NCBI GenBank assembly: GCA_043809245.1 | Contig: JAZDDZ010000007.1 | Span: 14,434 to 78,433 of the forward strand | DNA: 64,000 bases | Direction: 5' to 3' | DNA from: Candidatus Iainarchaeum sp. | GTDB lineage: Archaea > Iainarchaeota > Iainarchaeia > Iainarchaeales > JAZDDZ01 | Part shown: in pieces, positions 36,352 to 45,298 of the stretch | Layout: each line of letters begins with the position of its first letter | Numbering within the stretch: the first letter of the stretch is position 1 | Program-made: the position numbers and the translations under genes | The notes under the pieces: model-generated | Told to the model about the DNA's origin: nothing | Seen by the model: only the letters and a program-made list of their open reading frames with translations | Databases searched by the model: none

Positions 36352-37380
36352 TCAAAGCTCCAGGAATTTCGCGGTTGTTTTCTCCCTGTATTCCGGAAAG
36401 TTAACCATGCACTGGCCGGTGCAGTAAGGGAATCTTTTGAAGTCTTTCTCTATTTTTTTGTGGATTTCTTTGATGTCTTCATTCCAGATGTTGCCGTAAG
36501 AGTAAGGCACCGGGGGGCAGGGGGTTACTTCGCCGTTTGGAAGGATGTTTACGTGAAGGTTTCCCATTCCCCTGCATAAGCCTGATTCCTTTTTGAATTC
36601 CACGGCAAGCTTGTCTGAAGCATTGAACCTGTTTCTCAGTTCATTCCTTTCCTTTGGCGAAAGGTTTTTTTCAAATGAATTGAATAGCCTTCCTGAAAGG
36701 ATTGGAAGGAAAACAAAAACCCTTTTAACGCCAAGCCTTTGCCCAAGGGATTCAAGCTTTTCCAGCTTGTTTTTTTCGCCTTTCATTGCAAAACTCCATA
36801 TCTCGGTGTTCAAGCCGAGCGCAGCCGAGGACTTAATTCCTGAAACAGCCTTTTCAAACAAGCCGGGCATTCCCCTGTTTGAATCATGCTCTTTGCTTTC
36901 CGCGCTGTCAAGGGAAAAAATCATGAGGAAAATTCCCGCCTTTTTCAGGCTTTCAAGGGTTTCGGGGGAAACAGTTGAGCCGTTGGTTACTATTGCCGGA
37001 AGCAGGCCCAAAGATTTTGCGTATGAGACAAGTTCAAGGGCGTCAGGCCGTAAAAGGAATTCCCCGCTGCAGAACACGACAATGCATGCGTGAAGCCGCA
37101 GGATTTTTTGCATGGCTTCCTTTGCCTGTGCAGTTGCCATATAGTCCTGCATTTTTTCCCTTTCGGGGAAAAGCTCATAGCAGTGCATGCACTTCAGGTT
37201 GCATTGCCTTGAAGGGGAAAGGAACACTGAGAAAAGACGCTGCATTCCGAGGAATTTCGCGGCATTGAATTTCAGTACGCGCGTTTTTTGCCTTGAATCA
37301 AGGCCCTTTAAGAAAAGCGCCTGCAACGCGGTTATTGTGTCGCCTGGAAAGCTGTCTTCCTTGGAATTGAAAAAGCCCAT
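36352..37380 (-). CDS. Radical SAM enzyme with a twitch/partial-SPASM C-terminal domain
   Basis: CNLKCMHCY (CX3CX2C) near the N-terminus. C-terminal CRGMGNLHVNILPNGEVTPC fits CX13GX4C, followed by YCTGQC. Confidence 0.85.
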   Translation of the reverse strand: MGFFNSKEDSFPGDTITALQALFLKGLDSRQKTRVLKFNAAKFLGMQRLFSVFLSPSRQCNLKCMHCYELFPEREKMQDYMATAQAKEAMQKILRLHACIVVFCSGEFLLRPDALELVSYAKSLGLLPAIVTNGSTVSPETLESLKKAGIFLMIFSLDSAESKEHDSNRGMPGLFEKAVSGIKSSAALGLNTEIWSFAMKGEKNKLEKLESLGQRLGVKRVFVFLPILSGRLFNSFEKNLSPKERNELRNRFNASDKLAVEFKKESGLCRGMGNLHVNILPNGEVTPCPPVPYSYGNIWNEDIKEIHKKIEKDFKRFPYCTGQCMVNFPEYREKTTAKFLEL

Positions 37381-37450
37381 TTTCCTGCCTTAGATAGTTT
37401 TCTTTAAGAAATCAATTTAAATTATTGCAACCATAGTTCATCTTGGTTGG

Positions 37451-38215
37451 ATGGGGTTCAGGACTTTATTGTACGAGGCCATTGGAAGCACTGGCTTGGT
37501 TTACTTCAACAGGCCTGAAAAGATGAATTCGTTCAACAGCCTTATGGTAAGGGAAACAAGGGAGCTTGCAGAAAAGCTGAAAGCGGATGAAAGCATAAGG
37601 TCTGTTGTAATCAGCGGAAAAGGCAGGGCTTTTTCAACAGGAATTGACCTAAAGGAAATGAGTGGATTGGGCAGGAAAGATTTCGGCAAATTAGTCAAAA
37701 GCGCAACAACCGCGTTCCTTGATTTCATGGGAATGCACAAGCCCGTAATCGCGGCTGTGAATGGCTATGCGTACGGTGGCGGCGCGGAAATAGCGATAAA
37801 CTGCGATTACGTTATAGCGGCAAGCAATGCCTCGCTTTGTTTTCCGGAAATAAATTTTGGATACGTGCCTTTTCTGGGCTCAATCCACAAGCTGCATGAA
37901 TTGGCAGGAAAGCAGAGGGCAAATGAACTGGTCATGCTTGGAAAAAAAATCAATGCGAAAAAAATGCGTGAAATGGGAATTGCAAACGAAGTTACAGGGA
38001 AAAAAAACCTAATCAGGCGCGCGCTTCAGGTCGCCCAGGAAATGAACAAAAAGCCTTTGGGGGCAATGAGCGGCGTTAAAAGGCTTGTGAGAAAAAGGGA
38101 AAGGAAAAAAATTTCAGCTGCGATAGCGGAAGAGCAGATGCTTTTCTGGGAATGCTATGAAAGCAATGAGTGGAAAAAGGAAGCGGAAAAATTTCTGGGA
38201 AGGGAAAAAAAATGA
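37451..38215 (+). CDS. Enoyl-CoA hydratase/isomerase (crotonase) family protein
   Basis: GLVYFNRPEKMNSFN, VVISGKGRAFSTGIDLKE and AAVNGYAYGGGAEIAINCDYVIA are crotonase-fold oxyanion-hole motifs. Confidence 0.85.
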   Translation: MGFRTLLYEAIGSTGLVYFNRPEKMNSFNSLMVRETRELAEKLKADESIRSVVISGKGRAFSTGIDLKEMSGLGRKDFGKLVKSATTAFLDFMGMHKPVIAAVNGYAYGGGAEIAINCDYVIAASNASLCFPEINFGYVPFLGSIHKLHELAGKQRANELVMLGKKINAKKMREMGIANEVTGKKNLIRRALQVAQEMNKKPLGAMSGVKRLVRKRERKKISAAIAEEQMLFWECYESNEWKKEAEKFLGREKK

Positions 38216-39192
38216 AGGCAGCGGGAATTTCCGGAACAGGCTCTTATCTCCCGGAAAGAATTGTTTCAAACAAGGAGCTTGAAAAATCGCTTGACACAAG
38301 CGATGAATGGATTTGGAAGCACATAGGCATAAGGGAAAGGAGGTTCGCGGAAAAAAACCAGCCGACATCGCATCTCTCGCTTAAGGCCGCTGAAAAGGCA
38401 TTGAAGGCAGCGGGAACAAGCGCGGAAGAGCTTGACCTGATAATAGTTGCAACCGCATCCCCGGACATGCCCACGCCGAGCACTGCATGCATTCTGCAGG
38501 ACAAGCTCAAGGCAAACAAGGCAGGGGCATTTGACTTGAACAATGCATGCACTGGATTTGTTTACGGATTGGCTGCTGGAGCCAAATTCATTGCGGATGA
38601 AAGCTGCAAAAAAGTTTTATTGGTGGGAGCGGAAACACCGCACGCGTTCATGGACCCAAAGGACCGCGGAACATATGTTTTTTTCGGTGACGGCGCAGGA
38701 GCGGTTGTGTTAAGCGAAACAGAGAAAGGAAGGGGCGTGCTTGGAAGCTATCTGAGAAGCGACGGCTCAGGCGCAATGGATTTGGGCGTGCCCGGGGGAG
38801 GCACAATGATGCCGCCGTCAATTGAAACAATCAAGAACAGGCAGCACTTCATTAAAATGAACGCGCAAAAAATAAAGGAATTTGTAATAAAAGCGTTTCC
38901 GGATTCAGTGCACGGAACCCTGCGCAATGCGGGTTTAAAGCTGGAGGACGTGGACATGATTATTCCGCACCAGGCGAACGCGCGGCTCATAGAATACGGA
39001 ATGAAAGCATTGGGATTGCCAATGGAGAAAGCCTTCATTAACATGCACAAGTACGGCAACACAATTGGAGCTTCAATTCCCATTGCATTGGATGAAGCCG
39101 TTCACGAAGGAAAGATAAGCAAGGGGGACCTTGTTTTGCTTGTGGGATTCGGAGGAGGCTTAAGCTGGGGCGGAGTAGCATTAAGGTGGTAG
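38212..39192 (+). CDS. fabH: Beta-ketoacyl synthase III (FabH/KAS III family), copy 1
   Basis: Cys-His-Asn triad motifs: DLNNACTGFVYGL, IPHQANARLIE, HKYGNTIGASIPIAL. The ATG at 38212 overlaps the crotonase TGA (ATGA). Confidence 0.88.
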   Translation: MKAAGISGTGSYLPERIVSNKELEKSLDTSDEWIWKHIGIRERRFAEKNQPTSHLSLKAAEKALKAAGTSAEELDLIIVATASPDMPTPSTACILQDKLKANKAGAFDLNNACTGFVYGLAAGAKFIADESCKKVLLVGAETPHAFMDPKDRGTYVFFGDGAGAVVLSETEKGRGVLGSYLRSDGSGAMDLGVPGGGTMMPPSIETIKNRQHFIKMNAQKIKEFVIKAFPDSVHGTLRNAGLKLEDVDMIIPHQANARLIEYGMKALGLPMEKAFINMHKYGNTIGASIPIALDEAVHEGKISKGDLVLLVGFGGGLSWGGVALRW

Positions 39193-39193
39193 G

Positions 39194-39937
39194 ATGAATG
39201 AATTCTCTGGAAAGGTTGCAATAGTCACAGGAGCTTCTGGCGGAATAGGGAAAGCGATTGCCGTGGCTTTAGGGGAACAAAAGGCAAAAGTAGTGGTGAA
39301 TTACAACGGCAATGCATTGGGGGCAAATGAAACAAAGGCGGAAATAGAAAAGCTTGGGGGAAAGGCAATTGCGGTTAAAGCTGATGTAAGCAAGCCGGCT
39401 GAAGTTGAAAAAATGGTTGAAGCCGCGGTAAAGGAATTCGGCGGCATTGATTTTTTGGTGAACAATGCGGGAATCACCGCGGATGCAACTCTGAAAAACA
39501 TGCGCGCGGAGCAATGGAACAGGGTAATGGAAACAAACTTGAACGGCACATTTAACTGCACCAAGGCAGTGCTTCCGTTAATGCTGGGAAAAGGAAAGGG
39601 AAGCATTGTAAACATTTCATCAATAAGCGGCAGCAGGGGAAGCTTCGGGCAATGCAATTATTCCGCGGCAAAGGCCGCGGTCATTGGCTTCACGAAATCG
39701 GTTTCAAGGGAAACCGCGGGAAAAGGCGTTAGGGTCAACGCCATATGCCCCGGCTATGTCAAGACAAAAATGACTGAATCGGTTCCAAAAGAATTGATTG
39801 AAAAATTTGTGGAAATGATTCCAATGAAAAGGCCAGGAACAACCGGGGAAATCGCGGAAGCAGTTCTATTTTTTCTTTCAGAAAAATCAAGCTACATCAG
39901 CGGGCAGGCGCTGAATGTCGACGGCGGATTCATGTAA
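39194..39937 (+). CDS. fabG: 3-oxoacyl reductase, FabG-like short-chain dehydrogenase
   Basis: TGASGGIGKAIA, NNAGI and YSAAKAAVIGFTKS (YxxxK) motifs. Starts 2 nt after the KAS III gene ends. Confidence 0.9.
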   Translation: MNEFSGKVAIVTGASGGIGKAIAVALGEQKAKVVVNYNGNALGANETKAEIEKLGGKAIAVKADVSKPAEVEKMVEAAVKEFGGIDFLVNNAGITADATLKNMRAEQWNRVMETNLNGTFNCTKAVLPLMLGKGKGSIVNISSISGSRGSFGQCNYSAAKAAVIGFTKSVSRETAGKGVRVNAICPGYVKTKMTESVPKELIEKFVEMIPMKRPGTTGEIAEAVLFFLSEKSSYISGQALNVDGGFM

Positions 39938-39949
39938 AGGTGCAATGAA

Positions 39950-40561
39950 ATGCCAAAGGTCGTTGGAATAAACGGAAGCGCAAACAAAAAAGGCAACACT
40001 TTTTTCCTGTTGAATGAATGCATTGAGTCGGCAAAGGAAAACGGCATGGAAACAGAACTGCTTCAGCTAGCTGAATTCAATGTAAAGCCATGCGACCACT
40101 GCCTTGAATGCGTTAAGGGAAAAAAATGCCCAATAAAAGACGATTTTGCAAAAATTGAAAAAAAAATGATTGAAGCTGATGCGATAATTTTTGCAACGCC
40201 TGTTTACTCCGCGGGAATCTCACAGGCAATGAAGAATATAATGGAGAGAAGCTATCCCTTAAGGCTCGGGGGGCTAAAGCTTAAGGACAAATTCGCTTCA
40301 TTCATATGCATGGGCGGCCTTGTGCATGGCTTCCAGGAGCTGGCGGCACTTGAACTCAATGCGTTCGCGCTATACCATGGAATGCTTGTATTCGGAAACG
40401 CTGCATTCGAAGACCCCTTGAAGCCTTATTCAATGGGGCCTTTTGTAATCGGCTCACAGCAAAGGGACGACGGCCTGATGCATTTCGTGAAAAAAGACAA
40501 TTATGCGGTTGAAGGCGCGAAAGCGCTTGGAAAAAGGGCCGCGGAGCTTTTGAAAAAATAA
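39950..40561 (+). CDS. Flavodoxin-fold NADPH-dependent FMN reductase / iron-sulfur flavoprotein (Isf-like)
   Basis: VVGINGSANKKGNTFFLL N-terminus and a compact Cys cluster, CDHCLECVKGKKC (CX2CX2CX5C), as in Isf proteins. Confidence 0.7.
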   Translation: MPKVVGINGSANKKGNTFFLLNECIESAKENGMETELLQLAEFNVKPCDHCLECVKGKKCPIKDDFAKIEKKMIEADAIIFATPVYSAGISQAMKNIMERSYPLRLGGLKLKDKFASFICMGGLVHGFQELAALELNAFALYHGMLVFGNAAFEDPLKPYSMGPFVIGSQQRDDGLMHFVKKDNYAVEGAKALGKRAAELLKK

Positions 40562-40981
40562 TCAGCCGATGAACTTGTCGGTTGAAGTTTCCACAAGAAC
40601 AGTTTCCCCAAACTGGTTCCTGAATTCTGTTGAAAAAACAGCAATCCTTTTTTTCCCTATCTTTTCAATGCACTCAATTGTCGCGGTGATTGTGTCGCCT
40701 GCCTTAACCGGCTTTAAGAACCTGACCTTTTGCTTCATGTAAACATAGCCTGAACCGGGGAGCTTTGAGGAAGCAAGGTCGCTTAACAATGCAATTAGAA
40801 GAGCTCCGGGCACAATCGTTTCCCGGAAAATTGTTTTTTTGGCAAAAGCCAAGTCATTATGGATCGGGTTGCTGTCGCCTAGAAGGCGGTTTGATTCACG
40901 CACATCCTTTTCAGTGAAAGTGCGGGTGGTTGAAGCGGTTTGCCCTATCTTGAGCTCATCAAAAGGAATTTCCGCATTCAT
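40562..40981 (-). CDS. MaoC-like (R)-specific enoyl-CoA hydratase/dehydratase, hotdog fold
   Basis: FTEKDVRESNRLLGDSNPIHNDLAFAKKTIFRETIVPGALL is the MaoC dehydratase signature. Confidence 0.8.
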   Translation of the reverse strand: MNAEIPFDELKIGQTASTTRTFTEKDVRESNRLLGDSNPIHNDLAFAKKTIFRETIVPGALLIALLSDLASSKLPGSGYVYMKQKVRFLKPVKAGDTITATIECIEKIGKKRIAVFSTEFRNQFGETVLVETSTDKFIG

Positions 40982-41443
40982 TCATTTCACCATCAGATCG
41001 CTTAACAGCTTTTCAGTGGAAGAAATCGAAACCAGCAGTTCGCCCCTGCTATTTCTTATCTCTGTTTTGTCACTGAAGCGCCTTTTTTCAAGGTCAACTG
41101 AAACAATTTCACGGGTGATTAACAGCTCATCATCAATCCTTGCGGGTTTCAAAAAATTCGCCTCATAGCTTAAGGCAACTGAGTTTACGCCGTTAAGCGG
41201 ATACGCGCTTGCCGCAATGCCAAGCAAATGCATTCCGTGAAGGATTCTTGAGCGAAAAATTGTTTTGGAGCAATAAGCTTCATCCAAATGCAGCCTGTTG
41301 AAATCACGGCTTAATTCCGCGTAACGCCTTACCCCGCTTTCGCTGACCTTTTTCTTCAGGGAAAATTTTTGGCGGGGCTTCAGCTGCTCAAGCGACAGAA
41401 TATGCGAAGTGCTTTCTCCAGCCATAATTAAACTTGCGCCCAA
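40982..41443 (-). CDS. MaoC-like hotdog-fold protein (second subunit or paralogue)
   Basis: YAELSRDFNRLHLDEAYCSKTIFRSRILHGMHLLG. Directly abuts the downstream MaoC gene (40981/40982). Confidence 0.7.
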   Translation of the reverse strand: MGASLIMAGESTSHILSLEQLKPRQKFSLKKKVSESGVRRYAELSRDFNRLHLDEAYCSKTIFRSRILHGMHLLGIAASAYPLNGVNSVALSYEANFLKPARIDDELLITREIVSVDLEKRRFSDKTEIRNSRGELLVSISSTEKLLSDLMVK

Positions 41444-41460
41444 AAATTCTTTTAATAAGA

Positions 41461-42516
41461 ATGCACGAATCTCAGCTTATGGGAAGCCTGAAAGAAGGTT
41501 ACAGTTATTGCCGCTACGAAAAAGGAGACGGGAAAGGAATAAACCGGCTAATAAATGAAGCGTTTAAAGGGAAAAGGGAGAAGGGCTACTTTGAATGGCA
41601 GTATTTGGAAAATCCAGCGGGAAAGCCTGAGATAAGGCTGTTGAAGGAAAGCCACAACGAAACAGTAGGGCACGCCGCGGCAATTCCCCTGGCATTCAGT
41701 TTTTTCGGTGAAAGGAAAAAATTTTTACAGGGAATGGACGGCGCGCTTGCAGCCAATGCGAGGGGAAAAGGGCAATCAAGGCCTTTCTTTGAAAAATTCA
41801 TGGAAGAGGTTTCAGGCAAAACCGAAGTCTACTTTCTTTTTCCCAACAAGGCACACTTTGAGAGGATAAAAAATCAGCAGGGCTTCAGGCACAAGCCGCT
41901 TTATAGGCTGGTTAAGCCATTGGATTCAACCGCAATTTTGGGAAAAATTTCCAGAAACAAAAGTTTCACCAGGCTTATGAAGCCTTTGGGGGATGTGCTG
42001 TTTAAAGTTTTTTTTCCGCTGAAAAAAGCAGCGCTTGAAGAAGGCGAGGAAATAAAAAAAATTGAAAAATTTGATGAACGGGCTGATGTGCTGTGGGAAA
42101 AAACCAAAAGCGGGAAAAAAATAATTGCTGAAAGGAAAAAGGATTTTCTCAACTGGAGGTATTTCGGCGGAGTGAAGAAATACGAAGCGTTTTCTTTGGA
42201 AAATGCGGGCGCAATGGAAGGGTACATTGTTTTCGCACAGGACGGAAAAACAGGGAACTTTGCTGACCTCGCTGCAACAGGCAAAAAAGCAGGGGAAAAA
42301 CTTCTCTCGCATGCGCTTGAATATCTCGCGGGAAAAGGGTGTGAAGCGGCTTTCTTTTACACGCTTGACGATGCGCTAAAGGAAAGACTGAAGAAAGCAA
42401 GTTTCATTGAAACAAAAACAGACGCCTATTTTTCTTTCATTAAAACAGGCGGAATTGAAAGGGAAATAAGCGCAGATGACTGGTTCATTAACCTCGGGGA
42501 CAGCAACCAGGTTTAA
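41461..42516 (+). CDS. GNAT-family acyl/acetyltransferase (two-domain, ~352 aa)
   Basis: FEWQYLENPAGKP...VGHAAAIPLAFSFFG...GMDGALAANARGKG resembles the GNAT acetyl-CoA-binding region. I prefer the ATG at 41461 because the 41434 alternative start overlaps the divergent MaoC gene. Confidence 0.55.
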   Translation: MHESQLMGSLKEGYSYCRYEKGDGKGINRLINEAFKGKREKGYFEWQYLENPAGKPEIRLLKESHNETVGHAAAIPLAFSFFGERKKFLQGMDGALAANARGKGQSRPFFEKFMEEVSGKTEVYFLFPNKAHFERIKNQQGFRHKPLYRLVKPLDSTAILGKISRNKSFTRLMKPLGDVLFKVFFPLKKAALEEGEEIKKIEKFDERADVLWEKTKSGKKIIAERKKDFLNWRYFGGVKKYEAFSLENAGAMEGYIVFAQDGKTGNFADLAATGKKAGEKLLSHALEYLAGKGCEAAFFYTLDDALKERLKKASFIETKTDAYFSFIKTGGIEREISADDWFINLGDSNQV

Positions 42517-42525
42517 GGTGAAAAA

Positions 42526-43341
42526 ATGTGCGCAAAAATCATTGACACTATGGCTTCCTGGATTTACTCCAAGCCATTGCTGAGAAAAAAATGGTACGGT
42601 TATCTTTCAAGGCTTGACCGTGAAGGGCAGGTTACCTTCATGAACCTAGGCTATGCAGGCATCGGCGCGGAAAAAGGAATGCCCGTGGAAAAAAAAGGAG
42701 AACATGAAAGCTACGGAGAGCTGCTGTACAATCGCGTTGCAGGCAACGCAAAACTTTGTGGGCTTGATGTTTTGGAGATTGGCTGCGGAAGGGGCGGAGG
42801 CGCAGCATACACAATGAAAAAATTCATGCCAAAAAAAATGGTTGCAGCAGACCTTTGCAAAGAGGCAATTGATTTCTGCAAAAAAAATTATGAAATTAAA
42901 GGGCTTTCATTTGAAAGGGAGGACGCGCAGAAATTAAGCTTTGCAAACAGCTCTTTTGATTCGGTTCTAAGCGTTGAATCATCGCACGGCTATGCGTCAA
43001 TGGAAAAATTTCTCAGGGAAGTTAACAGGGTGCTGAAGCAAGATGGGTGCTTTTTGTTCGCTGATTTCAGGGGAAAAAATGAATTGAAAAAACTGCACGC
43101 GCAAATGGAGCGCGCGGGATTTGAATTTGAAAAACAGGAAATGATAACAGAGAATGTAGCCAAAGCGATTGAACTTGACAGCGAAAGGAAACAGGCGCTG
43201 ATTGAAAGGCTTGTGCCAAAGCGGCTGAGAAAGCCTTTCGTGCTGTTTGCGGGAATAAAGGGCACGCCAATGCATGAAGCACTGGTTAAAGGCGAAATTG
43301 AATACGTGAGCGCAGTTCTGCGGAAAACAGAAGCGCCCTGA
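42526..43341 (+). CDS. Class I SAM-dependent methyltransferase
   Basis: Motif I VLEIGCGRGGGAAY, an acidic loop (MVAADL) and FDSVLSVESSH. Confidence 0.85.
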   Translation: MCAKIIDTMASWIYSKPLLRKKWYGYLSRLDREGQVTFMNLGYAGIGAEKGMPVEKKGEHESYGELLYNRVAGNAKLCGLDVLEIGCGRGGGAAYTMKKFMPKKMVAADLCKEAIDFCKKNYEIKGLSFEREDAQKLSFANSSFDSVLSVESSHGYASMEKFLREVNRVLKQDGCFLFADFRGKNELKKLHAQMERAGFEFEKQEMITENVAKAIELDSERKQALIERLVPKRLRKPFVLFAGIKGTPMHEALVKGEIEYVSAVLRKTEAP

Positions 43342-44395
43342 GAAAAAAATCCTTCAAACCGCTGCCTGAAAAAAGCATTGTTTTCCTCTGCGTTGTTTTT
43401 GCGCCCCGCAGTTTTTTTGTTTCAATGTCTGATGAAAGCAAATTTAGTTTGCTAAAGCCGTTGTCGAACGCAAAGCGAAGCGGCGCATAATAGCTTGTCT
43501 CGAAAAAAGCGAAGTTTCCGCCAGGCAAAGCCCCGGAGCCGCTTGAAAAAAAGGTGAGCTCCCTGTTCCCTGCGAAATAAAGCGAAAAACACAAAATCGA
43601 GCCGTTTTTTTCAGCCAAAAAGAAACGCGCTTTTTCCCCCATGTTTCCCTGTATTGAACGGAAAAATGATTCAGTGAAGGGGCTTTTGCAGCCGTTGTGC
43701 TTAAAGAATGTGTTGTCCGCGAGTGATGAAAGCAGGCCGCTGCCCTCGAAGGAAATGGAAGAAAAGAACCTTGTTCCAGAGGCCTTGTTTGCATTCATCT
43801 CCTTTATTACTTTCTGCCTGCGATTTTTAGAAAGGCTTGAAAGAAACGCATCAAAAGAAGCCGCACTGCAGTCTATCTCAGCGCAGTCAAATGCTCCCTT
43901 TGAATAAAAGCCGTTATTTGAAAGCAGGGATTCAAGCAGAGCGCCTTTACCTGAAACATAAGGCGCTGCAATGAACTGGTTTTTTTTGCGTGCCTTTTCC
44001 TTAATTGCTTCAAGCGCAAGGGAAAAAAGTTTTTCACGGTCTGCCGAAAATGCCGAGTTGACCAAGAATCGCGATTCAAGGCAGTAAGGGGAAAAAACGC
44101 TTAAGTAAGAGTTGTCTTTGAATCCGAGAAAGCGGAAAAAAGGGGAAAGGGTTCCGAGTGTTTTTGAAAAGGGAATGAATTCCGCGCCATGCATTTCATA
44201 GCAGGGAAGGAACGCGGCAAGGGTTTTGCCTGAGAAAACCGCGGCATGCATTGGCTTGGCTGGAAGGCACGCCGCTTCCTCTATTGCCTTGAACCATTCA
44301 AATGAAAAAAAAAGGGAATCGCTTAAAGGGTTAAGCTCTTTACTTTCCAGTTCGCTTATTGAAGCCAAAAGCCTTACTGAAAAATTTTTTTCCAT
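43286..44395 (-). CDS. GNAT-fold FemAB/BioF2-like acyl- or aminoacyl-transferase (tentative)
   Basis: 369 aa. The N-terminus (SFEWFKAIEE) and C-terminal half (RFFLAEKNGSILCFSLYFAGNRELTFFSSG) recall FemAB-like/BioF2-like transferases found in polysaccharide loci. Last gene of a tightly packed six-gene minus-strand operon. Confidence 0.45.
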   Translation of the reverse strand: MEKNFSVRLLASISELESKELNPLSDSLFFSFEWFKAIEEAACLPAKPMHAAVFSGKTLAAFLPCYEMHGAEFIPFSKTLGTLSPFFRFLGFKDNSYLSVFSPYCLESRFLVNSAFSADREKLFSLALEAIKEKARKKNQFIAAPYVSGKGALLESLLSNNGFYSKGAFDCAEIDCSAASFDAFLSSLSKNRRQKVIKEMNANKASGTRFFSSISFEGSGLLSSLADNTFFKHNGCKSPFTESFFRSIQGNMGEKARFFLAEKNGSILCFSLYFAGNRELTFFSSGSGALPGGNFAFFETSYYAPLRFAFDNGFSKLNLLSSDIETKKLRGAKTTQRKTMLFSGSGLKDFFLRALLFSAELRSRIQFRL

Positions 44396-44398
44396 AAA

Positions 44399-45298
44399 TC
44401 ATTTCCCCGCGGATTTAACTTTTTCAAAAAACGCTTTTCTTTTTTTCAGCATTTTCGGCAGCAATGGAAGCGCGGAAAATTTTCCCTTGATGAATGGAAT
44501 GCCTTCCCCAAAGTAAAAGTTTCCAGCCAACTCTGAAAAAAAATCAGCCAAAATGAACGGCAGCCTTGAAAAAAATTCCCCCGCGCGCAAATTCTTGAAA
44601 ATAACAAGAAGGCTGTTCCTTGAAATAAGAAAGGGGCGCATTGACCCCATTCCGCGCGTTGTTGCAGACCCTTCATGGACCGCAACCGCTTTTTCTGCAA
44701 AAGCACAGCGCCAGCCCAAGCGCCTTGCCCTCAAGCCGATGTCGCAGTCCTCGTGGTAAATGAAAAAATCATTGTCATAGATTTCGCCTGAAACGCTTAT
44801 TTCTTCAAGCATTTTTTTGCGCCACAGGCACGCGCCGTCATCAGGGCAGAAAACCTTTGAGGCATCATACGTTGGAACAAGCCTGAAGCCACGGAGCAAT
44901 TCAAGGCCAACACACTCAATTTTTCCTGAAGAAAAAAAACGCGTGCATGAAACCATTCCAATGCGTTCATCTGACCCTGCCGCATTAAGCATATGCCTAA
45001 GATAATCTTTATGCAGCACAACGTCGTTGTTAACTGTTGCAATGAATTCGCCTTTGGATGCCGCGATTGCCTGGTTGTTTGCAGCGCAGAAACCCAGATT
45101 TGATTTGTTTTTTATGAGCCTGGCTGATGGAAAATTTTTTTCAATGAATTCAGCAGAGCCGTCGCTTGAGCCGTTGTCCACAGCAATTACTTCAAAATCA
45201 CTGAATGACTGCGCTTGAATCGCTTCAAGGCATTTGCCAATCCGTCCAATGCCATTAAGGTTAACGACAACGAATGAAACAAGCGGGTCCACTGTCAA
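44399..45298 (-). CDS. Family 2 glycosyltransferase
   Basis: VSFVVVNLNG, FEVIAVDNGSSDGS and a DXD-like TVNNDVV motif. The TTG start overlaps the upstream stop. Confidence 0.85.
   Translation of the reverse strand: MTVDPLVSFVVVNLNGIGRIGKCLEAIQAQSFSDFEVIAVDNGSSDGSAEFIEKNFPSARLIKNKSNLGFCAANNQAIAASKGEFIATVNNDVVLHKDYLRHMLNAAGSDERIGMVSCTRFFSSGKIECVGLELLRGFRLVPTYDASKVFCPDDGACLWRKKMLEEISVSGEIYDNDFFIYHEDCDIGLRARRLGWRCAFAEKAVAVHEGSATTRGMGSMRPFLISRNSLLVIFKNLRAGEFFSRLPFILADFFSELAGNFYFGEGIPFIKGKFSALPLLPKMLKKRKAFFEKVKSAGK

Noticed and set aside
38170-38211. Upstream GTG start for KAS III copy 1; similar cases are 41434 for the GNAT gene, 49268 for KAS III copy 2, 52551 for the Cys-rich gene and 14461 for the 892-aa gene.
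   Set aside because: The internal ATGs give N-termini that match family norms or signal peptides. They also avoid overlap with neighbours or create typical ATGA coupling.
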